NCBI GenBank assembly: GCA_951406725.2
Contig: OX597815.1
Span: forward strand, 66,836,001 to 66,900,000
DNA length: 64,000 nucleotides
Source of the DNA: Octopus vulgaris
Taxonomy: Eukaryota
Direction of reading: 5' to 3'
Shown piece after piece: positions 23,593-38,394 of this stretch. How positions within the stretch are numbered: position 1 is the first letter of the stretch; every line of letters begins with the position of its first letter. Made by a program: the position numbers and the translations under genes. Below the pieces are notes generated by a model that worked only from the letters and a program-made list of their open reading frames with translations, was not told the origin of the DNA and made no database searches.

Positions 23593-26008
23593 AATTTGCC
23601 AATGTCCAGCGACATGAGGACCAAAGAACTGAGGTATTTCGTATTGCTAGACAGTGTGTGAGAGAAAATAGTGATGTTACAGGAGAGAAATGTGTTCGCA
23701 TGGATGATGGAGCACTTGCTTTTAATGTTGGTGAAAAGAAAGAGGCTTGGAGAAGCCATTATGAAAGACTGCTGAATGTGGAGAATGAATGGGAGGAGGA
23801 GAGCCTGCCAAATGTTGACCCAGTAGAGGGACCAGCTATCCAAATAGACAGCTCCCTTGTAGTTAAGGCAATTAAGGATATGAAACCAGGTAAAGCCCCC
23901 GGCCCATCAGGTATCACTGCTGAGATGCTTAAAACAGCTGGTTATGTGGGCTATGGCCTAGTCACCCGTATTGTTAACCAGGTAGTTCACAATGGAGTCA
24001 TACCCAATGACTGGCGTAGCAGCACCATAGTCAACTGCTACAAGGGTAAGGGTGATGCTCTAGACAGAAATAACTACAGGGGTATTAAACTGTTGGATCA
24101 GGTGATGAAGGTCACAGAGAGGGTCATAACCCATCTCATTAGGGAGAGAATTTGCTTAGATGAGATGCAGTTCGGTTTTGTGCCGGGTAGAAGCACCACT
24201 GATGCTATATTCCTGGTCCGACAACTGCAGGAGAAGTACCTAGCTAAAGATAAACCCCTCTACATAGCTTTTGTGGACTTGGAGAAAGCCTTTGACAGGG
24301 TTCCCCGATCCCTTATCTGGTGGTCGATGCGGAAACTGGAGATTGACGAATGGCTAACAAGGGCTGTACAGGCTCTATACAGAGAGGCTGTCAGCAAGGT
24401 TAGGATTGGCAACGAATATAGTGAAGAATTCCGGGTAGAAGTAGGTGTACACCAGGGCTCAGCCCTCAGTCCCCTTTTATTCATCATAGTCCTCCAGGCA
24501 ATAACAGAGGAATTCAAAACAGGTTGCCCCTGGGAGCTCCTCTATGCTGATGACGTGGCCCTCATAGCAGAATCACTACAGGAACTAAAAAAGAAATTTC
24601 GGGTGTGGAAACAAGGGTTAGAATCAAAGGGGCTTAGAGTAAATGTAGCGAAGACCAAAGTTATAGTATGCAGAAAGGCGAACTCAGCACACACCCCATC
24701 GGGCAGGTGGCCCTGTTCGACGTGTAGGTAGAAACTCCATAAGATACACCCAGTGTAAGCTATGGATGCATAAGAGGTGCAGCAACATCAAAGGGAAATT
24801 AACTGATAAGATAGCTTTCATGTGCGGCAGATGCACAGGGTCAATAGACACCACAAATACTCAGAAAACAAATTCCATCACACTCCAGGGGGAGAAACTA
24901 GAAGTAGTTGATAGTTTCTGCTACCTGGGTGACTAAGTTAGTAGTGGGGGTGGATGCTCAGAGAGTGTCACCACTAGAATACGAATAGCCTGGGCAAAGT
25001 TTAGAAAGCTCCTACCCCTACTGGCGACAAAGGGTCTCTCACTCAGAGTGAAAGGTAGATTGTATGATGCACGTGTGCGAACTGCCATGCTTCACGGCAG
25101 TGAAACATGGGCCGTGACTGCAGAGGACATGCGTAGACTTGAAAGAAATGAAGCTAGCATGATCCGCTGGATGTGTAATGTCAGTGTGAATGCATGACAG
25201 AGTGTAAGCACCGAGAGAAATGCTAGGCATAAGAAGCATCAGATGCGGTGTGCAAGAGCGACGCTTGCGATGGTATGGTCATGTACTGCGGATGGATGAG
25301 GAGAGATGTGTGAAGAAGTGTCACTCCAGGAAGACATGGGATGAGGTAGTCAAGCATGACCTCAGAGCGTTGGGCCTCACTGAGGCAATGGTGAAGGACC
25401 GAGATCTCTGGAGATGTGCTGTGACTACTAAAACCCGGGATGCTTCCGGCACCAGTTCCGCATAGCCCCTGCCCAAAGTACCTTGGATCCCGGAACATCT
25501 CGCTGTGCTTGAGGAGACCTGTTGAGTCAAGTGCATGTACATGAACATCAAACCAAATATCAATGGAAACAGTAGTTGTGATACCATAAAAAGCACCATC
25601 CGTACGTGGCCGTTGCCAGTGCCGCCTCGACTGGCTTCTGTGCCGGTGGCACATAAAAAGCACCATCCGAACGTGACCGATGCCAACTCCGCCTCGAATG
25701 GCTTCTGTGCCGGTGGCACATAAAAAGCACCATCCGAACGTGGCCAATGCCAGCCCCGCCTCGACTGGCTTCTGTGCCGGTGGCACATAAAAAGCACCAA
25801 CCGATCGTAGCTGGTGCCAGACCCCTCTGCAGGTGGCACGTAAAAAGCACCCACTACACTCGCGGAGTGGTTGGCGTTAGGAAGGGCATCCTGCTGTAGA
25901 AACACTGCCAGATCAGACTGGAGCAGCCTCTGGCTCCCCAGACCCCGGTCGAACCATCCAACCTGTGCTAGCGCGGAAAACGGACATTAAATGATGATGA
26001 TGATGATG
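23593..26008 (+). mobile_element. RTE-clade LINE, 5'-truncated, RT ORF at 23658-24731
   Basis: Motifs KAPGPSG, NYRGIKLL, QFGF, FVDLEKAFDRV, GVHQGSALSP and LYADD. Stops and frameshifts downstream, (GAT)n tail, possible aattt TSD. Confidence 0.96.
25587..25852 (+). repeat. 67-bp tandem repeat in the RTE 3' UTR
   Basis: taaaaagcacc recurs at 25587, 25654, 25721, 25788 and 25841. Confidence 0.92.
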
Positions 26009-29000
26009 AATTTAAAAATCTTAAACAGACTTGATACAGGTCCATCTTCTGCCCAATGCCATTTTCCCTGTACTAATAGAAAAGATATCTGTTTTCCTGC
26101 CATTTCTGAAACTACACTGAGACCTAAGGAGGACCTTACCAGTGATGTCCGTCTAGCATGATCCTACACAACACCTTGCCTACAACAGAAAGATATTCTA
26201 TGGTCATTTCAACAGTTCTGTTTCCCTTTATAGAGAACATCTTTCCAATCATTTGAGACATTCCCTTCCATCCAAACTTTTTGCGTTAATTTAGATGTTG
26301 AATCAGGCTTTCACTTCCACATTTCAAGATGTCAGCTCAGAGACCATCTGTCCCAGAAAATTTTCCACCATCTAGCTTTTTTTACATTTTCAACTTCTTG
26401 AATGGAAGGACTTTCTACCTTATGTTCTTTTATGGGCATACGGGAAATCAAGCCAGTATGCTCATTATCAACCTGAGATTATTTAAAAGTTTGTTAGTGT
26501 TCTTACCACCTGACAAAACTATCTTTAGGGGTCTCTGAGCAGTTCTTTGGAAGTCAGTACTCAGAGAAATAACAGATGATTATGGCCCTTAAACTTCACA
26601 GCAAGCTATACAGAAGTTTTGTATTGTTGGAGTTAGATGCAGATTGTTCCACTTTATTCCCCCACTAAATATCCTATATGTCACGATGCCCATGCTGTAC
26701 CTTACATTGGTGTGTTTCACCTCCCAGTACATTCTTATGCAGTTCTGGTTCTCCACCAAGGATTTTTCATAAATGCTACATTCTTTTTCATTTAATAGTA
26801 TCTGAATTTCCTCATTTTCATTAAACTGATTTTGATGTTTTCTTCCCACTAAACCCACATCTTTGCAAATGCCATACAGATATTTTAAACTCTTCCCAGG
26901 AGTCAGAAATAAACGTTCACTCTTTTCACCAACACCATAATAACATCATTTAATTTCTCTGGAATGTTTACAGCATTGGATCTTTGGGTTTTATAACAAA
27001 GCTTCACCTTTGCATACATACTTATAAACACAATCTCTAATCACGACATACTATTTTCACTCTAGTGCACTTACCTATACATTCACTTTTTTCTGCTCCT
27101 CTATCTTAAGTATTCACCTTGAACCATGACCACATCTCTCTCTCTTTCCAGATGAGCAAGACATGCATTTACCCCTTCAGCAAGACACCTGATTTTATCC
27201 CTCAATACTATACCTTACTCTGTCTTGTCTTGCAAGTACTTGTTGATTTCAGACCGGATGCCACACACACAAAAAGCACTTGATACACTCTGAAAAGGAT
27301 AGCATTAGAAAGGACACATAACTATAGAAACCATGCCAAAGTAGACACTGGAACTTGGGGCATTTCTGTAGCTTGTTTGTTCACGTTGAACTGTCCAAGC
27401 CATGCCAGCATGGAAAAAGTGACATCAAATGACAATATATATATTTCGTTTACTTATTTCAGTTGAAGAAATCAACTCCAGGACTTATTCTTTGTAAGCC
27501 TGGTACTTATTCTACCTGTCTCTTTTGCTGAACTGCTAAGTTTCAGGGATGTAAACACACCAATATTGGTTGTCAAGCAACAGTGGGTGGATTGACACAC
27601 ACATTATATATATATATATATACATACACACACACACACACATGATGGGCTTCTTTCAGTTTTTGTCTACCAAAACCACTCACAAGAATTTGGTTGGCCT
27701 GATGTTATAGTAGAAAACACTTGCCCAAGGTACCACACAGTGGGACTGAAGCCAAGCCAGAACCATGTAGTGGGGAAGCAAGCTTCCTACCACAGCAATG
27801 CCTGCACAAATATATATATATAATGAAGGAGAATGGAGTGAGCAAGCCTATCTCATTGATTTACAACTGTTTCATCAAAAATCAATCTCACGAGCGTTGC
27901 TTTATTATACAATAATATATGCAACCATTGAGGGGAAGACATAAAAATCAAAGATGAATTCTTCAGAATCATGGATGAAAGTTATTTGTTGTGGACACTT
28001 GAGTTAACAATAATTTATATCAAGTTAGGTGTGTTTAAATGGTTACATTTACGTATTACAAGCCAAACAAAACAAGCTTTCGTTTTATTTGACAAGTCAA
28101 GAAGGGTGAATCGAAAAAGGAAGAGCTTTTGGTTTCAAATATTTTTCTTGCCTTGTCAACTCAAACTAGGATTTTTTTTTTTTTTGGCTTGCAAAATGTA
28201 ACCCTTTAAACAATTCCAGCTTGATATAGGTATATATTATTGTGAACTCAAGTGTTCACAGCAAATAATTTTCATTTATGATTCTTCAGAATCAATCTTT
28301 AATTTTGTGTGACACCTCATGTATCAATAGTTGCGTATATTACTGCATAATATAGCAGTGCTCATGAGATCAATCTTTGAATTAACAATTGTAGATCAAT
28401 GAAATAAAGACTTGCTTAACCCATTCTTCTTAGTTATAATTATAGAAACTGGATATTTGTGGACCTTCAGGCATATATTTGATATAAGAAACAATCTTCA
28501 GATTACTGTCTAATAGCTGTCCTTGTGGAAGAGCTTAATAGGGTAAACTCCAGAGTTAACACCCAAATGAAATTACTATATATATATTAAATATACACAT
28601 ATCAGCTTCCTTCAATTTTCCATCTGCCTAGTCCATTCACAAAGCTTTGGCAAAATAAATTTGCTCAAGGTGCTACATGGTAGAATTGATCTTGAAATCA
28701 TGTGGTTGGGAAGCAATCTACACTTATTATTTTGTTATATAAATAAAAAATCCCAGTATTTAGCACAATTACACTGGCTGTGAACTTAAGTTGTTGGCCA
28801 AGAGACCACATGGCCACACATTCAAATTTTGCTGCAGCCATTGTGTTGTGTACCTGGATAGAGAAGGAATAAAGCTTACTACTTGGTAACTGAATTTTAC
28901 TTAGACATCACAGGAAAGACATCCAGCCATAGAAAAAATCTGTTTCAAGAAACTCCATCTGACCCATGCAAGCATGGAAAAATAGATGTTATGACACTGA

Positions 29001-30889
29001 TAACCACAGGTAAGAGGCTAAGCAGAAGAAACAGTTGTAAAACCCTTGCTTCTCAGTCATTAACCAAGTTTGTGGAAAGCCATACCACCTTGATAGGATG
29101 AAAAAAATTGTTAAAAGAAAACAGATAATAAAATCATTACAATATCTATTCATTCTTAACGTTCTGGCAGATTCAAATGTGAATATTTGCAAAACACTGC
29201 ATTGTCTCTGAGACCCCTTACACTGGTGAATGATGTTTGCTATAAACACACATCATCTAAAGGGAGGAGGCAATCTACAATGACATACACAATGCAAAAA
29301 CAACAACAATGATAAGATATTTACATTTGAATCTTTCACAACATAAGGATAGGTATTGTTATTGTTTGGATTTTTGCTGTTCTACATGCACCCATAAATT
29401 TTTATTGGCTTAGCATACATCAGCATGCATCTGCAACTAATCTGTTGGTTAATTTCTATAAACAAAAGATTGCACATTTGTAAGATTCATCAGTCTGGCA
29501 GGGTAGCTTTGACTGAGGAGAGACATAAAGCAGTTGAAATACTAGTGTTTCAAAGTTCATTTACACTGGTGAATTAGGTGTGTTATGGACAAACATCAAA
29601 ATAGAAGTGGTGTTCTCTGGTGGTGAAAAATACAGCAATCAGATATTTAAATTTGGATCTGCCAGAACATATTAAGAATGGGTATACTATTGCTTGTATT
29701 CTTGCTGTTTTGCATATATCCCATGAAATAAAATCTTTACCAAAAACAGCTCTTTACTTTTATTTTACAGAGCAACAGCTGGATTTATAATTAATATACT
29801 ACAGTAATCAAAATATATTCACACCACAGTACTTCAACCTATTTAGTTTGTTTTCTCTCCATTTTTGGGTTAAACGAATACATATTGGAACATTGTTTTA
29901 AAGCTGAATGCCTCTGTCACTAATTTACTTATTTTTCAAGTAAGGTTGTTTTCATTTCACTTGTTTTTGAAAGCACAGAACTACCAGACAATTTGTTAAC
30001 ATGGAAATGTCAAAAAATATAACCAACCTTGGCCCAGTGATTTTCATATGAAACACACAATGTAAGCATTTATAGAGAACATCATAATCATTTCAACATC
30101 CACTTTTCCATACCTGCATGGGTTGGATGGAGTTTATTAAAATAGATTTCTCTAAGGCCAGAGATGTTTTCATGGAAGATTAGAATTGAAGGACACTGCT
30201 CGCATGACAAGAATACCTATTTACAACTATCACATGATGTCAAGACAAGAAGATACAAACACACGATGGGTTCACAGTCCCACTGTGGGCAGGTGTCTTC
30301 TCCTATAGTCACAAATGGATTTGGTAGATAGAAACTCACATTTGTGTGTGTGTGTCCTTATCTTGACATTACATGTTGATTGTAAATAAGCACCATCATA
30401 CAAGTGAGGTTGTTCACTATCAGTCCTCCGTGAAAATCATGTTTGGCCATAAAGAAATATAACCTTGCGTGGAAACATCTGCTTCAACAAGTTCTGCTTG
30501 ACCCATTGCAAACATGAAATGGATGTCAAAACAATGATGTTGATGATGAACTCCAAAATTTCATTATTTGCTAACAAGCAAGTGTGAAAGCTGAAATTTT
30601 AAAAGTCACATGAAGCTATTCAACTGTAGCGATAACCTTACTCCATTCATTAACAATGTTTGTAGTTAGGTCACACTAAAAACTAAAACTCAAATTAGCT
30701 GATAAACCACATTTTCCTGTATTGTGTTTTTATTTTGTTTTATTTTAGTATATTATTATTATTTGTTTTAGAAAACAACATTTTTGCCATCTCATCAAAA
30801 AAAAAAAATTTTTTAAGTCCAACACTCCTCTTTGAACCCCTAACTTTTTTCTTTTTTTTTTTGTAAATTTGTTGAAATATTAGCATAGA

Positions 30890-31405
30890 TCTCTTAGAAA
30901 TGTATGTTGTATTTATTCATTTTTATTTTCTCACAGTAGCTGTTGGTTTGCTTGGGGGCAGAACTGAAGTTTGTAGACAAAGCATGCAAACTCACTCTAG
31001 ATTCCAAGCTTTAGAATGAGAACTCTATAATTCTTTTGAGTTGATAAATAAAAAAAATAAAAAAGCTGATAAACAAGAGAAATGATATACTAAAACGACT
31101 TCACCGTTCTCTTGTTGGACATGTACATAGAAACAATCTTACACACACATGCATACATATATATGACAGTGATGAACACTGCATTTGGTGAATAAATATT
31201 CTTTTTTTGAGGATTAACAATGCTACTAATGGTTTCATGCAAAACATTTTACAATTTTTCAAATGGTCTACCTAAGAATGTTGGATGAGACTATCTTCAT
31301 AAAGAGGTCAATTATCAACATTCTTAAGTGGAGCTCTCAAAACATTGCAGAACTTTCTGCATGAAATCTTCGGTAGAATAATTAATCTACTACAAATAAA
31401 AAATA

Positions 31406-31444
<39 letters not shown>

Positions 31445-32287
31445 AAATACCTACACTGGCTTTCACAGTTTGCAATCTATATCTGGTTGCTGATAAATCT
31501 AGAAACAAACTCAAGATGAAAAAAAATATTGAGATTGGATCAGATGTCTTGAAAATTTCTTTAAAAAAACGAAAATAAAAAACAGGAATAAAAAAAAAAA
31601 TCAAACCAAGACTCACACATACATGTTAAGTAAACGGGAGAAAATTTCCTACTTAGAATTTTAAATATGTATTATAATTTAGAAAACAAAAACTAAAACT
31701 TGGATCAAACAAGAAGAACAGAAAGCTGAAAATCTTATGAATTTTACACTTATTTAAAAAAAAAGGCATATAAATAAACATTTGCAGAAAAACTACACGT
31801 TGTGTCTGTTATTGAGAGATTAAAGCTAAATGGATATATGTGTGTGTGTGAGTGTTTATGTGCGTATTACAAAGAAAAACTCAAGTTTTAGCACACAGCA
31901 TAAGCAAAGAATTACACTGAATGCATCAGAGTTCCGTCACAATCTGTCAGTGTTTTTTAGAGGCCTATGTTGGCACCACTATTACCATTTCATTCTTTCC
32001 TCTTCAGGAACAGCAGTGTATATAAAGAATGCAATAAAAATAATCCCTTGCCCATGATAATCCCTTGCCTGCAATTTTTTTTGTTTTTATTTTTTTTCAG
32101 CTTGAGTAAATCTGTTACCTCCAGAAGGAAAAAAAAAGTTTTCTAATTTATTTTTTTTGCTCAGTCTCACAGCTTAAAATCTGGAGGAAAGAATGGCATA
32201 AGTTTTGGTTTACGGGTGTAGCAACATGTTGAAAGTGTTTGTGCCAGTGTCTATGTTTGTGTTTGTATGCATGCATTTTAGTGGTGT
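30890..32287 (-). other. Probable MOB1 3' UTR
   Basis: U-rich, SINE-free stretch after the stop codon. Minus-strand AATAAA at 32086-32091, 30922-30927 and 30912-30917. The true end is unknown. Confidence 0.4.
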
Positions 32288-32529
32288 TTATCTTTCTTTA
32301 CTGGTTAGTTTGTCTATAAGTTCCTGCAGTGGAGCAAGTTCACGACGGTCTATCAAGTTAAATTCCTGGACAAAGAATATGAAGTGCTTGAACGATGTGT
32401 TTAAGTGGGCTTCTTCACTCAACTGCACCACTTCCCTGAAATGTTGGTGATAAATATGTGCATACACTCGGAACAAGCGTTTCAGAATAGTTTTTGCTAT
32501 TGACAAAAAATTCTTTGGGAATGGTACAC
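32288..32529 (-). CDS. MOB1: MOB kinase activator 1, last coding exon (242 bp including stop)
   Basis: Encodes (G)VPFPKNFLSIAKTILKRLFRVYAHIYHQHF...LQELIDKLTSKER*. Acceptor ttacag. With a 14-nt first exon the CDS totals 651 nt (216 aa). Confidence 0.97.
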
Positions 32530-34435
32530 CTGTAAGAAGAAGGAAAGAAGTGACATTAACAATAATCTATAAGAGGTTAAGTGACTTTTAGACTTTTGAT
32601 TAACAGGATAAGGTTTCAAATTTCAGTTTAATGATGAAAACTATTTCAATTAATGGATTAAGTGACTGGTATTATGAGTACCTTTGTGCTATTGGTAATC
32701 TTAGTTTACACATCGAAGACAACTTTTAAATAAAATAAAAAAAAAATATATCATCACTCTTATTCTGCTACTCTTCAGCCTCATTGGTTACTCAAACTAT
32801 CTCCACTAACCCTGTCCAATCACTACAGTTGCCACGTACTATTCTCTGCTTCTCTTACTTATCCACTCAACATTTGTTCTTCATTCATTATTTTCACCCT
32901 CTACCCTCTCTCCATCTATCACTGTTCCAAACACTCTTACAATTTCAACTCATCCGCACTCCCTGGTTCTTCTGTTTCAACTTCTACTCACCTCATATCT
33001 TAAGTGTTATTCTCAGCTCCATCCTGATCACTCACCCTCTCTTCTAAAATGTAGGTAGCCATGTAGCTTCTTTACAAGAAAATTGTTCTGCTTTGGCTCC
33101 TTCCCTCATATTTTAACCCCTCATCTAGCTGCCTCTATTGGGGATTTGTAGTTGTACGAGCTGCATGGCAGTTTCATTAGTGCTGGTGGTATGAAAAAAG
33201 TATACATTGTGAAGTCCTAGTTTCCATGGCTGGATGCTCTCCCTAATGTCAAAATGGAACATGATACAGTCCTTGGACTGGTTGAATCCTGTCAAAACAT
33301 CCAACATATATCAGCATGGAATATAGATGTCAAATGATAAGATCATGTCCATTTCCAAACAGTTGACAATCTTTGACTTATCATTTGTAGCCTTCTATTT
33401 TCTCTTCCCCTAATATACTCCACCTCCCACTTTAAATTTGCTTGATGCACTTAACAAAGAAGCTCAACACTGTCACTTAAATTGCTAAAAATAGCAGCTA
33501 AATCTACCTGAAATTGTCTGAAATAAAGAAAGAACATTGATAATGAAGTCATAGATATATCCCCCACCAATCACCACCAAGGAATGGTTGTATCTGGAAA
33601 GACTGATTCTAGGTCTGCTGTTTCATAGTTGACCAGGGGTTATGCAACAGCACAAACCTCCAACACCTCTGTAACTATATCTTTCCAACAATCCCTTCAA
33701 CTTCTAACCCACATTATAAAAGAGCCTAAAAAAATGCTAAAGGCACTACAACACATCCTAATAACAATTTAACATAAAATACAAAACATTACATATATTT
33801 TGATGCCTAATTTAAGTGAAAATAATTAGTGAATCATCATCATCATCATCAACACCATTGTTGTTTTAACACCCACTGTTTTGTATGGTTGCATAGGATG
33901 GGTAGAGTTTAATGAGGTAGATTTTCTATAGTTCAAGTCCCTTCCTGTTTCCAAGCAAGGTAATATTTTCCCATGACTAGACATATTTTTCCAGATTAAC
34001 ATCACTTGTTGACTGTGAGACTCATCTACAACAGGCATGTAATGTCAAGTAAATGCAAACACACAAAACAGTTTCTGTCTACCAAGGTTTTGGTCAGCTT
34101 GGGGCCATAGTAAAAGAGAAGATACTTGCCCAAGGTGCCATGCAGGACTAAACCTGAGACCACGTGGTTGGAAAGCAAACTTCTTAACCACATATCGATG
34201 CCTGTGCCTTAATAAAATTAAAATGAAATAAATGAGGTATGTAAGGTCGTTTGTTGAACTAATTTATTTAGATCCATACAAGAAGACATTTTTCATATGG
34301 TTATTAATTCTGGTTAGGTTCTCAAAAGATTTTATTATTTTTTTTTACATCAAACATCATTGTTTAATGTCTACCTTCCATGCTGGCATGGGTGGGAATA
34401 ACAATTCTTATTGATAGAAGATGTAAATGATTTAC

Positions 34436-34663
34436 CTATTTTAGATGGAAATAATGTTTCATCATCTAACTGGTCTTGCACCCAGGTCATCAGATAATCA
34501 ATATATTTGGGGGCTGAGCACTTGATTGGTTTTTTCACAGTCTGACCATCAGCCCAGTGGTACTCGTATTTTGGCCCGGCAGACATTACTGCACAACTCT
34601 CTTCTGTGCAAAATTCTGTGATTGTTCCATATAGCATGTTAATTTGATTAAAGAAATCAACAG
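34436..34663 (-). CDS. MOB1: MOB kinase activator 1, coding exon 3 (228 bp)
   Basis: Encodes (T)VDFFNQINMLYGTITEFCTEESCAVMSAGPKYEYHWADG...DETLFPSKI(G). Acceptor tttcag, donor gtaaat; splice phases join correctly to both neighbouring exons. Confidence 0.97.
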
Positions 34664-35958
34664 CTGAAATTTAAAAAGAAGCAAGAGTTAGAATTAAGCA
34701 TTTAAAACAACAATCACCACCATCATCATCATCATCATTCAACAAACATATTCCATACTGGCGCACATTGGATGCTTTGAGATGGATCTGAAGACTGCTT
34801 CATGCTCCAATAGTTGCTTTGACATGGTTTCTATTACTGAATATCTTTCTCAATGCCAACCACTTTACAGCATGTCACTATGCAGCCTGCAAGACTAAGA
34901 CCCTCTTCAACTAAATGGGAATTATAGTAGAGAAGATGGCAGCTTTATGTTATGGGATGGTGAGGAGATAAAGTAGTGAGATATGTAGCCAGAATACAAC
35001 AGGTTTCTTGCAGCAAGGGGAAAGGGAACTAGCTTCACAGTTACATTGTAAAAGAGAGGGTGGGAGTAGCTGGGGTGAATCTGGAGAAAGATAAAAATGG
35101 TGATGAGGTGTAAGGGTGAATCCTTGAGATAGGAAGAGAGTAAAAGTAAGTGGGGATAGAACAGGAAGTGCGAGAGGGTAGAGGTTGCAAGAGTGTATGG
35201 GAGTGTGAGGAATGGTTAGAAACAGAGAATGAGTAAGAGAGGGAGTATAGTGAAGAAAAAAAAGGGTGAGGTATGATAAGCAAGCAGGGAAGTGTAGGTG
35301 ACAACTGTAGAAATTGGGTAGGGTTGAGAGGTGACCAGTGATTGACAGTAGAGAAAAGGGGAATGGAGCAGTTGAATAGTAATAATAATAGGAAAGGTTT
35401 TGAATTTTGGTATAAAGCCAGCAATTTAAGATTACATGGACCTCATTTTTCAACTGACACCAGCATTCAAACTCAGAAAAAAGCTGGAAAAAATGCTGCT
35501 AAGCATTTTGTCTAGCATGGTTATGATTCTGCCAGCTTGCTGCCTTAATAATAATGGTGGTGACGAAACAGGAGACAGAGGGGTGGTGGTGGTGAACAGG
35601 AGGTGTGGATGTGTAGGTTAAAAAACATTACAAAATATTAATGTCAAGATGAAATCTTACCTTACATTCCAAAGTTTGTGTGTGTGTATGTGTAATAGAA
35701 TCTCTTATCAAAGATGATATATAAGTGTTCAGCTTTTGCTGAACAACCCACACAAATAATTTGTTTATAGTGATCAAATGTATGCACTGCACATAAGCTT
35801 ACTCCAAACTCATGTTGCCCAAACAGGTGCATGATGTACAACACATAAGGTACCGAAGTAACCCCAGAGCAACCAGGGATGAAGTGTTTTGCTGAAGAAC
35901 ACATTGAACCAACTGGGTATATGATCAGGAGTGCAACACCCAAACCACTATGTACTCA

Positions 35959-37672
35959 TTATATATATACACATATACATATATCATATATACATACATA
36001 TACATATATACATACATACACATATATACATACATATATATATATATACATACACATATATACATACATATATATATATATACATACACATATATACATA
36101 CATATATATATATATACATACACATATATACATACATATATATATATATACATACACATATATACATACATATATATATATATATACATACACATATATA
36201 CATACATATATATATATATATACATACACATATATACATACATATATATATATATACATATACATATATATATACATACATATATACATACATATATATA
36301 TATATATACATATATATATACATACACATATATACATACATATATATATATATATACATACACATATATACATACATATATATATACATACACATATATA
36401 CATACATATATATATACATACACATATATACATACACATATATACATACATATATATATACATACATATATATATATATACATACACATATATACATACA
36501 CATATATACATACATATATATATATATACATACACATATATACATACATATATATATATATACATACATATATATATATATACATACACATATATACATA
36601 CATATATATATATATACATACATATATATATATATACATACACATATATACATACATATATATATATACATATATATATATACATATATATATATACATA
36701 TATATATATATACATACACATATATACATACATATATATATACACACATACATATATATACACATACACATATACATACACATACACATATACATATATA
36801 CATACATACACATATACATACATATACATATATATACACATACACATATACATATATATATACACATACACATACATATACACATATATATATACACATA
36901 CACATACATATACACATATATATATACACATACACATACATATATACACATACACATACATATACACATATATATATACACATACACATATACATATATA
37001 TACACATACATATATATATACACATATATATATATATATACACACATACATATATATATATACACATACATATATATATACATATATATATACACATACA
37101 TATATATATATATACACATACATATATATATACACATACATATATATACACATACATATATATATACACATACATATATATATACACATACATATATATA
37201 TATATACACATACATATATATATATATACACATACATATATATATATATACACATACATATATATATACACATACATATATATATATATACACATACATA
37301 TATATATATATATACACACACATATATATATATATACACACATACATATATATATACACATACATATATATATATACACATACATATATACACATACATA
37401 TATATATACACATACATATATATATACACATACATATATACACATACATATATACACATACATATATATATACACATACATATACATACATATATATACA
37501 CATATATATATACACACATATATATATATACACATATATACATACACACACATATATATATATACACACATATATACATATACACACATATATACATATA
37601 TATACACATATATACATATACACATATATACACATATATACATATACACATATATATACAAACATATATACG

Positions 37673-37720
<48 letters not shown>
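35959..37720. repeat. ~1.76-kb compound (TA)/(CA)/(TACA) microsatellite
   Basis: Almost pure alternating purine-pyrimidine tract inside a MOB1 intron. Confidence 0.98.
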
Positions 37721-37725
<5 letters not shown>

Positions 37726-38394
37726 TCTGAAATGCAAAAAGTTTGTCTGGTTTTGGCATTGAGAACGGGTTAAAGGCCAATAGATCCTGTTGGATTGACT
37801 CCAAAATTTACAGGGACATGTAAAATGAGGTGAGGATGCGAGTGGGCTAGGTTAGAAATCCCCATCTTAAAAGGTGTCGTTGCTAGGGCCAAAAACGCAC
37901 ACTTTGACAAGTCTACTCTCATTCTTTTATGTGTCTGTCTTTCTCCATCTCTCACTCTCTTTCCTCCCTTCCTTTCACCTTCTCTCTATAATGTTTCACA
38001 GCGTTCTATTATCTGCCTGTCTTCCTCCATTCCTTTCACTTTCTCTCTATAACGTCGTTTGATAGCGTCTACTATCTTTCCTCTGCCGCCTTTCGTCAGC
38101 GCTGTCACTCTCTCTCTCTCTCTATGTCTGTCTGCTTTCATAGAGAGAATTAGCATCACCACCTTGCAACCTCTACCCTCTCGCACTTCCTGTTCTATCC
38201 CCACTCACTTTTACTCTCTTCCTATCTTGAGGATCCACCCTGACACCTCACCACCACCACACAATCATGAGAATCTTTCTCTTAAAACAAATCATCTTTA
38301 GGTTTCAAAATATTTCATTTTTCAGCCCTCTCTTTCAGATATCACCTTTTCTTCCTCGATCTCTCTCTTTTCCCCCTTCCCTCCACTTCTCTCT

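Larger units (their letters stand above)
22985..26990 (-). mobile_element. Old RTE-type LINE remnant split by a younger RTE
   Basis: Decayed RT motifs NRNALWNIL, VKQGDI and LYADDC to the left of 23592. Upstream RT sequence resumes after 26010. Confidence 0.7.

Noticed and set aside
25587-25852. CRISPR-like periodic repeat
   Set aside because: The 'spacers' are homologous to each other, the array is in a LINE 3' UTR, the context is eukaryotic and there are no cas genes.
35879-37804. Six ORFs of about 600 aa rich in Y/I/H/T or C/V/M
   Set aside because: They are translations of a stop-free microsatellite, not genes.
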